Made by a program: the position numbers and the translations under genes. The notes beneath the pieces are model-generated. The model was not told the origin of the DNA. It saw only the letters and a program-made list of their open reading frames with translations, and did not search any database. A stretch of DNA of 64,000 bases from Candidatus Eiseniibacteriota bacterium (GTDB lineage: Bacteria > Arandabacterota > Arandabacteria > Arandabacterales > Arandabacteraceae): positions 64,001 to 128,000 of the forward strand of contig JBDRNT010000069.1 of the NCBI GenBank assembly GCA_043810925.1, in the 5' to 3' direction. How positions within the stretch are numbered: the stretch's first letter is position 1; every line of letters starts with the position of its first letter. Of the stretch, positions 1 through 8,752 are shown piece by piece.

Positions 1-1510
1 AGAAGGGTTCAAAGATCCGGCCCAGTTGGTCCTCGTCGATTCCCGCGCCGTTGTCTTCGAAACTGATCCGTGCATAGTCTCCGCCATGCCCGGACTTCGT
101 GACATCCAGTCTGATGCTGACCTTTCCCGGTCCGTCCAGAGCCTCAACAGCATTGATCGCGAGATTGTAGAAGACCTGCTTCATGGTCTCCTCATCCACC
201 CAGGCGTCCGTGGCGGTATCTGCGACAAGATCTATAGACGTCTGGTCGTCGAAGTGCGGGTGGTTTCTCACCAGGCACACGACCTCGGCCAGGATCGAAC
301 GGAGACAGACTTCGCGGAACTTCGCAGGGCGTGAGCTCGCGAATTGCAGGAAGTAGTCTATCTTCTTCCTGAGTCTGTCAGACTCCTTTATCACGAGGTC
401 GATTATCTTCCCATCCTCACCCTCGGGGACCAGCAGGTCCCGGAGCATCTCAATCGATCCACAGATCGAGGCCAGCGGCGTCCTGATCTCATGTGCGATA
501 CCGGCCGATAGCTCTCCCAGCGCGGCAAGTCGATCCGCGAGCCTGATCTTATGGGCCATAGTCTTGACTTCGGTCAGATCCTGAAAGACCACGACTGCAC
601 CGCATGCGCTGCGCTCGGCCCCGCTCAAGAGAGAAACACTTATGCCGAGCGGGATTGTCCTGCCCGTGGCCGTGGTCGCAATAACTTCACCTCTGTCTTC
701 ATGTGTACCGTTTTTGACCGCGTCTACGATTTTCTTGCAGAGTTCGGGGGCGACCGCCTCCATGATGTCCCTGACGTTTCGTCCCGTAGCCTGCTCAGGA
801 CCTATCCCGAGAATTCTTGAGGCCGACTGATTAAACTCCGTGATTACACAGCCTGAATCCACGGTCACAAGCCCGCTGTTCATGCTCTCTATGATCAGGC
901 GTGTATCCAACCTCGCCCGTTCGAGCTCGCTCGTCGTCGACCTGAGCTTTGCCCCGACAAACTTGATCCTGCGGGATACGTACCCGGCAAGTATCGCAAT
1001 CAGGTAAAAGAAGGCCACCTGGAGCACGATATTGAGAACAGCGTACACCGGCCGGGTCTGAATGGCGGCTGGCCCGGGTGAACTTTGAAGGTGAGCTCTC
1101 TCGAGCAGTGACACACCTGCAAAGACTGCCGACGACAGCGTCGCCGCAACGACGGCACCTCTACCATTGAGCAGCACGCCCGCAAGAAAGATCGTGATCA
1201 GGAAGAAGACCGCAAAGTGACTCTGGGCCCCTCCCGTGAAGTAGACAATGCCGCCCTCGACCGCAAGATCCGCTACGAGCTGTGAGTACACAAGCGGCCG
1301 CACGCCATAGCCTGACTTGAAGACAAGCCACCAGAATGCGCTGAGCGGGAACACCACAACCAGGAGGCCCGCCACCGGAAGGCCGCTCCTGATATCAAGT
1401 CCGGCACCTGTAAGGAATGCCATCACGGACAGGGCCACGCCGATGCAGATCACCCGCAGGATGATCATCGTCCGGCACAGACTTCGCAGATCCCGTTCTT
1501 CTACCATCAT
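1..1510 (-). CDS. pilS: PilS-like sensor histidine kinase (TM-PAS-HisKA-HATPase), 3'-truncated by window edge
   Basis: Manual translation from ATG 1510: MMVEERDLRSL..., TM segments with YFTGGAQSHF, PAS-like IIESMNSGLVTVD, H-box AGIAHEIRTPLASI, and RIFEPF at the edge. Directly downstream of pilC. Missing from the ORF track because it runs off the window. Confidence 0.85.
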   Translation of the reverse strand, partial: MMVEERDLRSLCRTMIILRVICIGVALSVMAFLTGAGLDIRSGLPVAGLLVVVFPLSAFWWLVFKSGYGVRPLVYSQLVADLAVEGGIVYFTGGAQSHFAVFFLITIFLAGVLLNGRGAVVAATLSSAVFAGVSLLERAHLQSSPGPAAIQTRPVYAVLNIVLQVAFFYLIAILAGYVSRRIKFVGAKLRSTTSELERARLDTRLIIESMNSGLVTVDSGCVITEFNQSASRILGIGPEQATGRNVRDIMEAVAPELCKKIVDAVKNGTHEDRGEVIATTATGRTIPLGISVSLLSGAERSACGAVVVFQDLTEVKTMAHKIRLADRLAALGELSAGIAHEIRTPLASICGSIEMLRDLLVPEGEDGKIIDLVIKESDRLRKKIDYFLQFASSRPAKFREVCLRSILAEVVCLVRNHPHFDDQTSIDLVADTATDAWVDEETMKQVFYNLAINAVEALDGPGKVSIRLDVTKSGHGGDYARISFEDNGAGIDEDQLGRIFEPF

Positions 1511-1521
1511 TCTCCCGCGCC

Positions 1522-2742
1522 TTACTCCGCCATTATCACGCTTACTAACTTGAATATCGGAAGGTACATCGCAACGACCATACCTCCGACCACACCACCC
1601 ATCATCACGATCATGATGGGCTCGATAACCGACGTCATTGCATCCACAGCACTATCGACCTCGTCGTCGTAAAAATCGGCTACCTTGGATAGCATCTCGT
1701 CCAGGGCGCCGGTTTCCTCTCCAACCGAGATCATCTGTACTACCATCGGAGGAAAGACCCCCGATTCCCTAAGTGGGCCGGCAATCGTCTGTCCGGACGA
1801 GATGCTTGCCCGGGTTTTCACCACAGCGTTCTTTACTATCGTGTTGCCGGCTGCCTTCGCCGTTATGTCGAGCCCCTCGAGTATCGGGACACCGCTACTG
1901 ACGAGTGTCCCCAACGTTCTTGTGAACCGTGCGATGGAAGCCTTGAGCAGCACGTCACCCAGAACCGGTACGCGCAGCATCATTCTGTCAATAGCTGCCT
2001 TGCCCTTTTCAGTGGCGTAGTACTTCTTGATACCGACGACGCCTCCGACCACCATTGCAGCGAGCAACCACCACTTGGTTCTGAGGAAGGAGCTCAGGGC
2101 CATCACGATCTTGGTCGGTGCCGGTAGTTCACCTCCGAAATCGGAGTACATCTTTGCGAACGTTGGAATAATGAACACCAGCATGAAGGCAGTTGCCGCT
2201 ATCGTTACGACAAGCACGACGCCCGGATACATCATCGCGCTTTTTACCTTGCGTTTCAGGCTGTCCATCTTCTCCAGGTAGCTCGCCAGACGCGCAAGGA
2301 TCACGTCAAGCACTCCACCGGCCTCTCCCGCTTCCACCATGTTGACATAGAGATCGGTGAACACCGCCGGGTGCCGCGAAAGCGCATCGGCGAGTGTCGA
2401 TCCTGCTTCTACGTCTCTCATGGTCTGGGATATCAACTTCCTGAAGTGGTCTCTCTCTGCCTGCTTCCCAAGAATGTCGAGACATTGGACAAGAGGAAGT
2501 CCTGAGTTGATCATTGTGGAGAACTGCCGTGTGAAGACCGCGAGATCCTTGGTGGAGACACCTCTCTCCCGGCTCATACCCAATCTCAGCCCCTTGGCTT
2601 TCGCCTTGGCCGAGGTCATGGTTACGCGCTTCTTCTTGAGGCTTAGTATGAGATCGGCCCTCGAACCGGCCTGCATCTCCCCGCTGATTACGTCTCCTGT
2701 TGCTGTCTTACCCTTCCAGACATACGTGGTCGCCAAGATCAA
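1522..2742 (-). CDS. pilC: Type IV pilus inner-membrane platform protein (T2SS F family)
   Basis: FTRQFSTMINSGLPLVQCL, GEAGGVLD, KVKSAMMYP and GEETGALDEML motifs; pilB-pilT-pilC order. Confidence 0.95.
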   Translation of the reverse strand: MILATTYVWKGKTATGDVISGEMQAGSRADLILSLKKKRVTMTSAKAKAKGLRLGMSRERGVSTKDLAVFTRQFSTMINSGLPLVQCLDILGKQAERDHFRKLISQTMRDVEAGSTLADALSRHPAVFTDLYVNMVEAGEAGGVLDVILARLASYLEKMDSLKRKVKSAMMYPGVVLVVTIAATAFMLVFIIPTFAKMYSDFGGELPAPTKIVMALSSFLRTKWWLLAAMVVGGVVGIKKYYATEKGKAAIDRMMLRVPVLGDVLLKASIARFTRTLGTLVSSGVPILEGLDITAKAAGNTIVKNAVVKTRASISSGQTIAGPLRESGVFPPMVVQMISVGEETGALDEMLSKVADFYDDEVDSAVDAMTSVIEPIMIVMMGGVVGGMVVAMYLPIFKLVSVIMAE

Positions 2743-2751
2743 CCGCCCCCT

Positions 2752-3858
2752 TTATTTGACGTAGGACCTATCCTTGGTCTTGAGATTGTCCGCGGACCTG
2801 CCCCTGGACAGCATCTGCTCCAGCTCCGCCAGGTCGGCGCTTCTGCCCATCGCATCCTCCAAGGATATCTGTCTGGTCACATAGAGCCTGTACAGTGCCT
2901 GGTTCATGGTCTGCATGCCGTACTTCTGTCCCGCCTGCATCAGTGAGTAGATCTGGTGCACCTTCTTCTCCCGGATCAGTGCGTTTATCGCCGGAGTGCA
3001 CACGAGAACCTCTGCGGCGAGGACTCTGCCCTTATCACCGAGCTTCGGTAGAAGCTGCTGCGTTATCACGCCTGTGAGTACGAATGCCAACTGGGCGAGC
3101 ACCTGCCCCTGCTGATACTCCGGGAAGACATCGACGATTCTGTTGATGCTCTCGTAGGTTGAGTTGGTATGCAGGGTAGCAAGCGTCAGATGGCCGGTCT
3201 CCGCAATTGTGAGCGCTGCCGCGATCGTCTCCAGGTCCCTCATCTCACCTATCAGGATCACATCGGGATCCTGCCTGAGGACATACTTCAGAGCGTTGGG
3301 AAAGGTGTGGGTGTCCGCCCGGACCTCTCGCTGGTTGACAATCGAATTCTTGTGTTGGTGTATGTATTCGATCGGATCCTCGATAGTGACGATATGACAG
3401 CTTCGCTCCGTGTTCACCTTGTTGATCATCGAGGCAAGTGTGGTGGACTTGCCGCATCCCGTCGGACCTGTCACCAGTATCAGGCCTTTCTGCTTTTTGG
3501 AGAAGTCGTTGACCACGGGCGGAAGCCCGAGCTCTTCGAAGCTCAGGATCTCGTATGGAATCTGCCTGAATGCCGCCGTGGTCACGCCTCTCTGGTAAAA
3601 GACGTTTGCCCTGAACCGGCTCAAGCCCTGTATCCCGAATGAAAAATCGAGCTCCAGGTCGATCTCAAACCGCTTTCGCTGTTCGTCATTCAGGATGCTG
3701 TAGATGATCTGCTTCGTCACCTCGGGCGTGAGATGCTCCGTGTCTGCCGACACAAGATGACCATCCACCCTGAACTGGGGAGGCAGTCCGGCAGTTATGT
3801 GCAGATCGGAAGCCCTCATCTTCACCATCTGTTCCAGCAACTCGCGTAGCACTATCAT
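2752..3858 (-). CDS. pilT: Type IV pilus retraction ATPase
   Basis: Walker A GPTGCGKST, TIEDPIE, LRQDPDVILIGEMRD, AETGHL, ALIRE, GMQTM. Confidence 0.95.
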   Translation of the reverse strand: MIVLRELLEQMVKMRASDLHITAGLPPQFRVDGHLVSADTEHLTPEVTKQIIYSILNDEQRKRFEIDLELDFSFGIQGLSRFRANVFYQRGVTTAAFRQIPYEILSFEELGLPPVVNDFSKKQKGLILVTGPTGCGKSTTLASMINKVNTERSCHIVTIEDPIEYIHQHKNSIVNQREVRADTHTFPNALKYVLRQDPDVILIGEMRDLETIAAALTIAETGHLTLATLHTNSTYESINRIVDVFPEYQQGQVLAQLAFVLTGVITQQLLPKLGDKGRVLAAEVLVCTPAINALIREKKVHQIYSLMQAGQKYGMQTMNQALYRLYVTRQISLEDAMGRSADLAELEQMLSRGRSADNLKTKDRSYVK

Positions 3859-3877
3859 CTCATCTTCCTCCGGTCAC

Positions 3878-5581
3878 TTATGTGTCACTCGCGGTCTCTC
3901 TCAGCACTTCCTCAACCGTTGTGAGGCCGGCCTTGAGTTTGAGTAGAGCATCCTGGCGGAGCGTAAGCATCCCTTCGTCCACAGCCTGTTTCTTGAGTTG
4001 GTCGCTGGGGGCCCTGTCGAGTATCAGCGTCCTTATGGCCGGGCTTATCGGCATGATTTCGTATACGCCCTGCCGGCCGGCATAGCCCGTATCGCTGCAT
4101 TTCGAGCACCCGCGCCCCTTGTAAAACCGGATGCCCTTCGCCTCCGACATCGGGATACCAAGCTCTCTGAGGGCCTCGGGATGAGCCTCTACCTCGGACT
4201 TGCACCGGGAACATACCTTCCTCAGAAGCCTCTGGGCCAGAACGAGATTGAGCGAGGCTGCGACAAGAAACGGCTCGACTCCCATGTCGACCAGCCTGTC
4301 CATTGTGCTCGGCGCATCGTTTGTGTGTACGGTCGAGAGGACAAGGTGTCCGGTGAGAGCCGCCTTAACAGCTATGGAGCCCGTGTCCGAGTCCCGGATC
4401 TCACCGACCATGATCACATTGGGATCCTGGCGGAGAAACGCCCGCAACGACTTCGCGAACGTAAGGCCTATCTCTTCGTGGATCTGGACCTGGTTTATGC
4501 CGTCTATGTTATACTCAACGGGATCCTCCGATGTCATGATGTTGACGTCAGGCCGGTTGATTCTGTTCAAGGCTGAATAGAGGGTGGTTGTCTTTCCGCT
4601 GCCGGTTGGCCCTGTCACGAGCACCAATCCGTAGGGAGCATCGATGGCCCGCGTAAGGTTATGGAGGGCGTTCTCCTCCATGCCGAATTGAGCTAGGTCA
4701 AGGGCCAGGTTGCCTTTGTCCAGTATTCTCATTACGATCTTTTCGCCGAATATCGTCGGAAGTGAAGATACCCTGAGGTCTATTGTCTTCTTGTCCACTC
4801 GGATCTTTATTCTGCCGTCCTGAGGGAGCCGTCTTTCGGCTATGTCGAGATCCGACATAACCTTGATCCTTGATATGATGGCCGACTTCATCTTGGCCGG
4901 CTGCTTGATCACTTCATGGAGGGTTCCGTCGATTCTGAAACGCACCCGGAAGATCTTCTCGGCGGGCTCGATATGTATATCACTTGCGCGCTTCTTGACC
5001 GCATCGGCGATCACGGAGTTCACGAATCTTATGACGGGAGCCTGTTCGGCCTCTTCCAGGCCTTCTTCGTCGTCGTCACTCTCTTCGAGTACTTCAACGT
5101 CCTGATCGTCAAGGTCCCTGGCCATATCCTCAAGATCATCTTTGGCCGTGTAGTGCTGCTCGATGGCGGATGCAAGCGAGATTTCGGTGGCCACCATTGG
5201 CTTGATTTCAAGCCCGGTTATGAACTTCAGGTCATCTATAGCACACATATCAGTCGGGTCGGCCATCGCCAGGGCAAGTGTCCTCCCGTGCTTCTGAACC
5301 GGCACAACCGTGTACTTCGATGCCACCTCTGCGGGAACGAGCCTTATCACCGCCTGGGGGATCTCGATACTTAAGGGATTGACCGCATCGACCGAGTAGA
5401 TGTGTGCAAGAAACTCCAGCACCCGCTCTTCCGACATGAGACCCAGCTTTACCAGTGCTCTCTGTAGTGAGATGCCGGCGTTTTCGGCCTCGCGCGCCAC
5501 TGCGGAAATCTCGTCGCCCTTAAGCAGGCCAAGATCCGCCAGTTTCTCTAAGATGTCGGTCTTAAGTACCATGTTAGACAA
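3878..5581 (-). CDS. pilB: Type IV pilus assembly ATPase
   Basis: GPTGSGKTTTLY, LRQDPNVIMVGEIRD, Zn-binding CxxC...CxxC, ERRLPQDGRI. The start may be ATG 5572. Confidence 0.95.
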   Translation of the reverse strand: MSNMVLKTDILEKLADLGLLKGDEISAVAREAENAGISLQRALVKLGLMSEERVLEFLAHIYSVDAVNPLSIEIPQAVIRLVPAEVASKYTVVPVQKHGRTLALAMADPTDMCAIDDLKFITGLEIKPMVATEISLASAIEQHYTAKDDLEDMARDLDDQDVEVLEESDDDEEGLEEAEQAPVIRFVNSVIADAVKKRASDIHIEPAEKIFRVRFRIDGTLHEVIKQPAKMKSAIISRIKVMSDLDIAERRLPQDGRIKIRVDKKTIDLRVSSLPTIFGEKIVMRILDKGNLALDLAQFGMEENALHNLTRAIDAPYGLVLVTGPTGSGKTTTLYSALNRINRPDVNIMTSEDPVEYNIDGINQVQIHEEIGLTFAKSLRAFLRQDPNVIMVGEIRDSDTGSIAVKAALTGHLVLSTVHTNDAPSTMDRLVDMGVEPFLVAASLNLVLAQRLLRKVCSRCKSEVEAHPEALRELGIPMSEAKGIRFYKGRGCSKCSDTGYAGRQGVYEIMPISPAIRTLILDRAPSDQLKKQAVDEGMLTLRQDALLKLKAGLTTVEEVLRETASDT

Positions 5582-5626
5582 CCAATCGGTAACCGTTCCA
5601 ATGTGAGAACCCTGGCACCACTATAG

Positions 5627-5643
5627 TGCAATACACATACCAG
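5627..5643 (-). promoter_or_regulatory. Sigma54 (-24/-12) promoter for the pilB operon
   Basis: Minus strand CTGGTATGTGTATTGCA matches YTGGCACG-N4-TTGCW with exact GG-N10-GC spacing, about 45 bp upstream of pilB. Confidence 0.65.
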
Positions 5644-5750
5644 TCTCCGGTGTGCAAAACCTTGCCCCAAACTGGTATGAATTCCCCAAAATGCCACAAA
5701 GGACTGAGAGCATTCGCTGGTCGCATAACGCCGGCAATGCAATTGTGGAT

Positions 5751-5773
5751 TGCAACTTGCAGAACGTGTTGCA
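5751..5773. promoter_or_regulatory. Candidate enhancer-binding-protein site (TGCAAC-N11-GTTGCA)
   Basis: Perfect 6-bp inverted repeat about 110 bp upstream of the sigma54 motif. Confidence 0.35.
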
Positions 5774-5787
5774 GAGTGCAACGGCTC

Positions 5788-6168
5788 TTATTCACCTGGA
5801 AGACTTTCACCACCACCTGCGCAGACGTATTTCCTGATCACGGCCAGGGTCTTTTCACCGATACCTTTGACCTGCACCAGGTCTTCCACCTTTTCAAACA
5901 GTCCGTTCCGGTCGCGCCACTCGATTATTGCCCCCGCCCGTGTCGGCCCGATGGAAGGCAGCGCCATAAGCTCTTCCCGGGTGGCGGTGTTTATGTCCAG
6001 CACGACATACTCGTGCCGTGACTGATCGCATGAATCTGAAGTCTCCTTCTGGTTTTCCCCTGGGAGAGTGCGTCCCGTCTTCTCCCACCCCAGTACGCCG
6101 GTTAAGATGCCGACTGTTACTGTGATGACTAAGATCGCGCCAGCAAGTCTTTCCCGGCCATTCACCAC
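5788..6168 (-). CDS. comEA: ComEA-family helix-hairpin-helix DNA-binding protein
   Basis: N-terminal TM segment; DINTATREELMALPSIGPTRAGAII...VKGIGEKT. Confidence 0.85.
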   Translation of the reverse strand: MVNGRERLAGAILVITVTVGILTGVLGWEKTGRTLPGENQKETSDSCDQSRHEYVVLDINTATREELMALPSIGPTRAGAIIEWRDRNGLFEKVEDLVQVKGIGEKTLAVIRKYVCAGGGESLPGE

Positions 6169-6264
6169 CTAAACCCCATCATCTTCCTTATCGTCATCCG
6201 GTGCGCTATGGTTTACATCTTGTTGAAAAAAAGAGAGAATTCCTACGGGGCTTAAAACAAAGGC

Positions 6265-7338
6265 CTACAGGAGGTCCGTGAATCCTTTTTCCTCGATCAG
6301 ATCCGTGAGGGTCTTCACCGCCTCACCACTTCCCCTCTTCATGACCAGAATCGCATCGTCAGTCTCGACTATTGTAACATCATCAAGACCTACGGTCGCC
6401 ACCAGCCGTTTGTCCGAATAGATGATGCAGTTCCTGGTATCTATTGCCACGTGTGCACCATGCACGGAGTTACCGGCCTCGTCCTTCTTCAGATACTTCG
6501 CAAATGAATCCCAGCTGCCGACATCATCCCAGCCGAAGTCTGCGGGAACCACGCAGGCGATGTCGGTCTTCTCCATGACGCCGTAGTCAATCGAGATATT
6601 CTCGATATTGGAGTAGCACCGGGCCAACCGTGCCGGCAGATCGGAGGTTCCGAAAGCGTCCTGACACTTCTCGAACTCGCTTTGCATCCGGGGAAGGAAC
6701 TTCCCGATTTCAACAAGGATTGCGGAGGCCTTGAAAACGAACATGCCCGCATTCCACATGTAATCCCCGGCCTTGAGATATTCCTCAGCCTTCTCAAGCG
6801 ACGGCTTCTCGACGAATTCACCCACTCTGTAGAATTCAGAACCTCCGGTATTCCCGACGGCCTCTCCGAGCTTGATGTAGCCGAAGCCGGTAGCCGGTCG
6901 CCCGGGCTTGATACCCATCGTGAGCAGTGAACCGGTCCTCTCGACAAACTCCATCCCGTCCGAAAGCACACGTCTGAAGCCCTCGATGTCTCCGATCACA
7001 TGATCCGCAGGCAGGAAAGCAAGCACTGCATCCCCCATTTGCTCCCTGACATAGTGAGATGCGAAGGCGACACACGCGGCCGTGTTCCTCCCCACAGGCT
7101 CCTTGAGAACCCGTACACCCTCGAAGTCTTCTATCGCACGGGAGGTCGCTTCAGCCTGCAGTTCCTGTGTCACAATCAGAATGTGATCAGGTTCAAACAA
7201 TGGGGCGATTCTCTCAAGTGTGGATTCGAGCAGCGTTTTGCCGTCGATCAACCTGATCAGTTGCTTGGCCCTGGTTGCCCTGCTTAGCGGCCAGAATCTC
7301 CGTCCCCGGCCTCCCGACATGATAACGGCAACCCTCAA
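6265..7338 (-). CDS. manC: Mannose-1-phosphate guanylyltransferase
   Basis: GGRGRRFWPLSR, EPVGRNTA, PADH, FVEKP, WNAGMF, SIDYGVMEK, WDDVGSW. Confidence 0.9.
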   Translation of the reverse strand: MRVAVIMSGGRGRRFWPLSRATRAKQLIRLIDGKTLLESTLERIAPLFEPDHILIVTQELQAEATSRAIEDFEGVRVLKEPVGRNTAACVAFASHYVREQMGDAVLAFLPADHVIGDIEGFRRVLSDGMEFVERTGSLLTMGIKPGRPATGFGYIKLGEAVGNTGGSEFYRVGEFVEKPSLEKAEEYLKAGDYMWNAGMFVFKASAILVEIGKFLPRMQSEFEKCQDAFGTSDLPARLARCYSNIENISIDYGVMEKTDIACVVPADFGWDDVGSWDSFAKYLKKDEAGNSVHGAHVAIDTRNCIIYSDKRLVATVGLDDVTIVETDDAILVMKRGSGEAVKTLTDLIEEKGFTDLL

Positions 7339-7410
7339 GACACCACCCCCGACCCTTCCCCAACATCATGTCGCATCATGCTCCTCCATCCGGTGTCGAT
7401 ACCGGCGTTT

Positions 7411-7905
7411 CTAAAGAAACGCTCCCGCCGTAGTCGCATCCTTTGCCGCTTCGGGCAGGTACTGCGCTATGGCCTTCACAGCGATGAGGAGCTGCCGGGC
7501 AAGCACGGACTCTTCAACCATCGCAATGTCCGCGCCAAGCCGCTCTGCTAAGGTCAGGAGGATCCCGATCGCGAGCCCCATCAGACACGCCCCGACAACC
7601 GCACCGATCATCCTGTCAATAATCCGCAGATTCGCAACCTTGGCAAGCCCGGATAACATCTTGCCGAGCAGTCCGATGAATATCGCTACGACAAGAAACG
7701 TAAGGACGAAGACAAATACCTTGCCCGCTGCCGGGTGAGAGAGCTGGCTCGTGACCGACTCGGCACCAGCCGCCGCCCGGCCTCCTATGACCACCCCTAT
7801 CACCAGGGCAAGCACAATGGATATCTCCTGAATAGCACCTTTAAAGACACCGTGCACGAGACCCAGGATCATAAGTGCGCCTATTACTACATCCACCAGA
7901 TTCAA
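7411..7905 (-). CDS. cvpA: CvpA (colicin V production) family membrane protein
   Basis: N-terminal MNLVD...GVFKGAIQE, four hydrophobic segments, DRMIGAVVG. Confidence 0.8.
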   Translation of the reverse strand: MNLVDVVIGALMILGLVHGVFKGAIQEISIVLALVIGVVIGGRAAAGAESVTSQLSHPAAGKVFVFVLTFLVVAIFIGLLGKMLSGLAKVANLRIIDRMIGAVVGACLMGLAIGILLTLAERLGADIAMVEESVLARQLLIAVKAIAQYLPEAAKDATTAGAFL

Positions 7906-8600
7906 TTGCCTTCACCTCGCTTGTGTACTGTCTTTCCGATTGAGTTTACATATATGGAGAACTCGGTTTCGCCGTCGACACCTATCAGTCGGTCGACTTC
8001 CACATCGTTAAATGCCCCGATGGGGACGGCCCCCAGGCCCAGGGATGTGGACTCGAGACAGATGTTCTGGCTGATGTGACCAGCTTCCATGTAAATATAC
8101 CTGACTCCCCTGCTGCCATACGATGCGGTCGTCCGTTCGGGAACCGCCGCCAGCACAAAGGAGACGGCGGCCCCGCGTGGCATGCTCTGTCCCAGACAGG
8201 CAGCCGCAAGACTGTCCCCGTAAGAGCCGGCCCTGATCAGTTCTACGGCGTGCCCCGGTGGCAGATAACGGTACACGCCTGAGTCAAGCCCGGCCACTCT
8301 GTTCACAAAAACGTAGATCTCCATCGGATACGTCGCTCCCGCGGAGGGAGCCGACCTCAGTCCGACTTCGCCGCGCTGACCTGTGACCCCCTGTGCTGCA
8401 TAGAGGATCTGAGACAGCTCCTCAAGACTCAGACTCTCGTCACTGTACGACCTGACCGACCGTCTCCCGGCAATCGCCTCTTCCACAGACATCCCGACCA
8501 GCGACGGTTCCGGGAGATCGACCCGTGAGTCCTCGCTTACCACCGGGCAGGAGTTAAGGACAATGACAATGGCCGGAGCTACAAGGAGCAAATGCTTCAT
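7902..8600 (-). CDS. SagB/ThcOx-type nitroreductase-family flavoprotein with N-terminal signal-like peptide
   Basis: RRSVRSY, PSAGATYP, MEAGHISQN, LGLGAVPIGAF; hydrophobic N-terminus. Confidence 0.85.
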   Translation of the reverse strand: MKHLLLVAPAIVIVLNSCPVVSEDSRVDLPEPSLVGMSVEEAIAGRRSVRSYSDESLSLEELSQILYAAQGVTGQRGEVGLRSAPSAGATYPMEIYVFVNRVAGLDSGVYRYLPPGHAVELIRAGSYGDSLAAACLGQSMPRGAAVSFVLAAVPERTTASYGSRGVRYIYMEAGHISQNICLESTSLGLGAVPIGAFNDVEVDRLIGVDGETEFSIYVNSIGKTVHKRGEGN

Positions 8601-8609
8601 AGCGTAGCC

Positions 8610-8639
8610 AGCCTACACCCGACTTCGAAATGGTGTCAA
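8610..8639 (-). promoter_or_regulatory. Sigma70-type promoter, near-leaderless transcript
   Basis: TTGACA-18-TAGGCT ending 9 nt before ATG 8600; no SD sequence. Confidence 0.5.
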
Positions 8640-8680
8640 GCCAATACTTGTTGGTGCCGGACGCTTCGCGCCGCCGGCAT

Positions 8681-8752
8681 CGGCTGTAGATGCAACGGGC
8701 AGTCCGTCCGCAAAACGAACCTGCCGCCGGACCTACCGTTGATCCGCAGCCG
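8681..8752. other. Long imperfect intergenic hairpin
   Basis: Arms CGGCTGT/GCAGCCG, CAACGG/CCGTTG and GTCCG/CGGAC; abuts the TonB receptor stop codon. Confidence 0.55.

Noticed and set aside
5612..5630. Plus-strand sigma54 site CTGGCAC...
   Set aside because: The -12 position reads GT rather than GC, and there is no downstream + strand gene.
8681..8752. SRP RNA or integron attC site
   Set aside because: Lacks the SRP CAGG...GGAA...AGCAG motif and the RYYYAAC/GTTRRRY ends; no integrase present.
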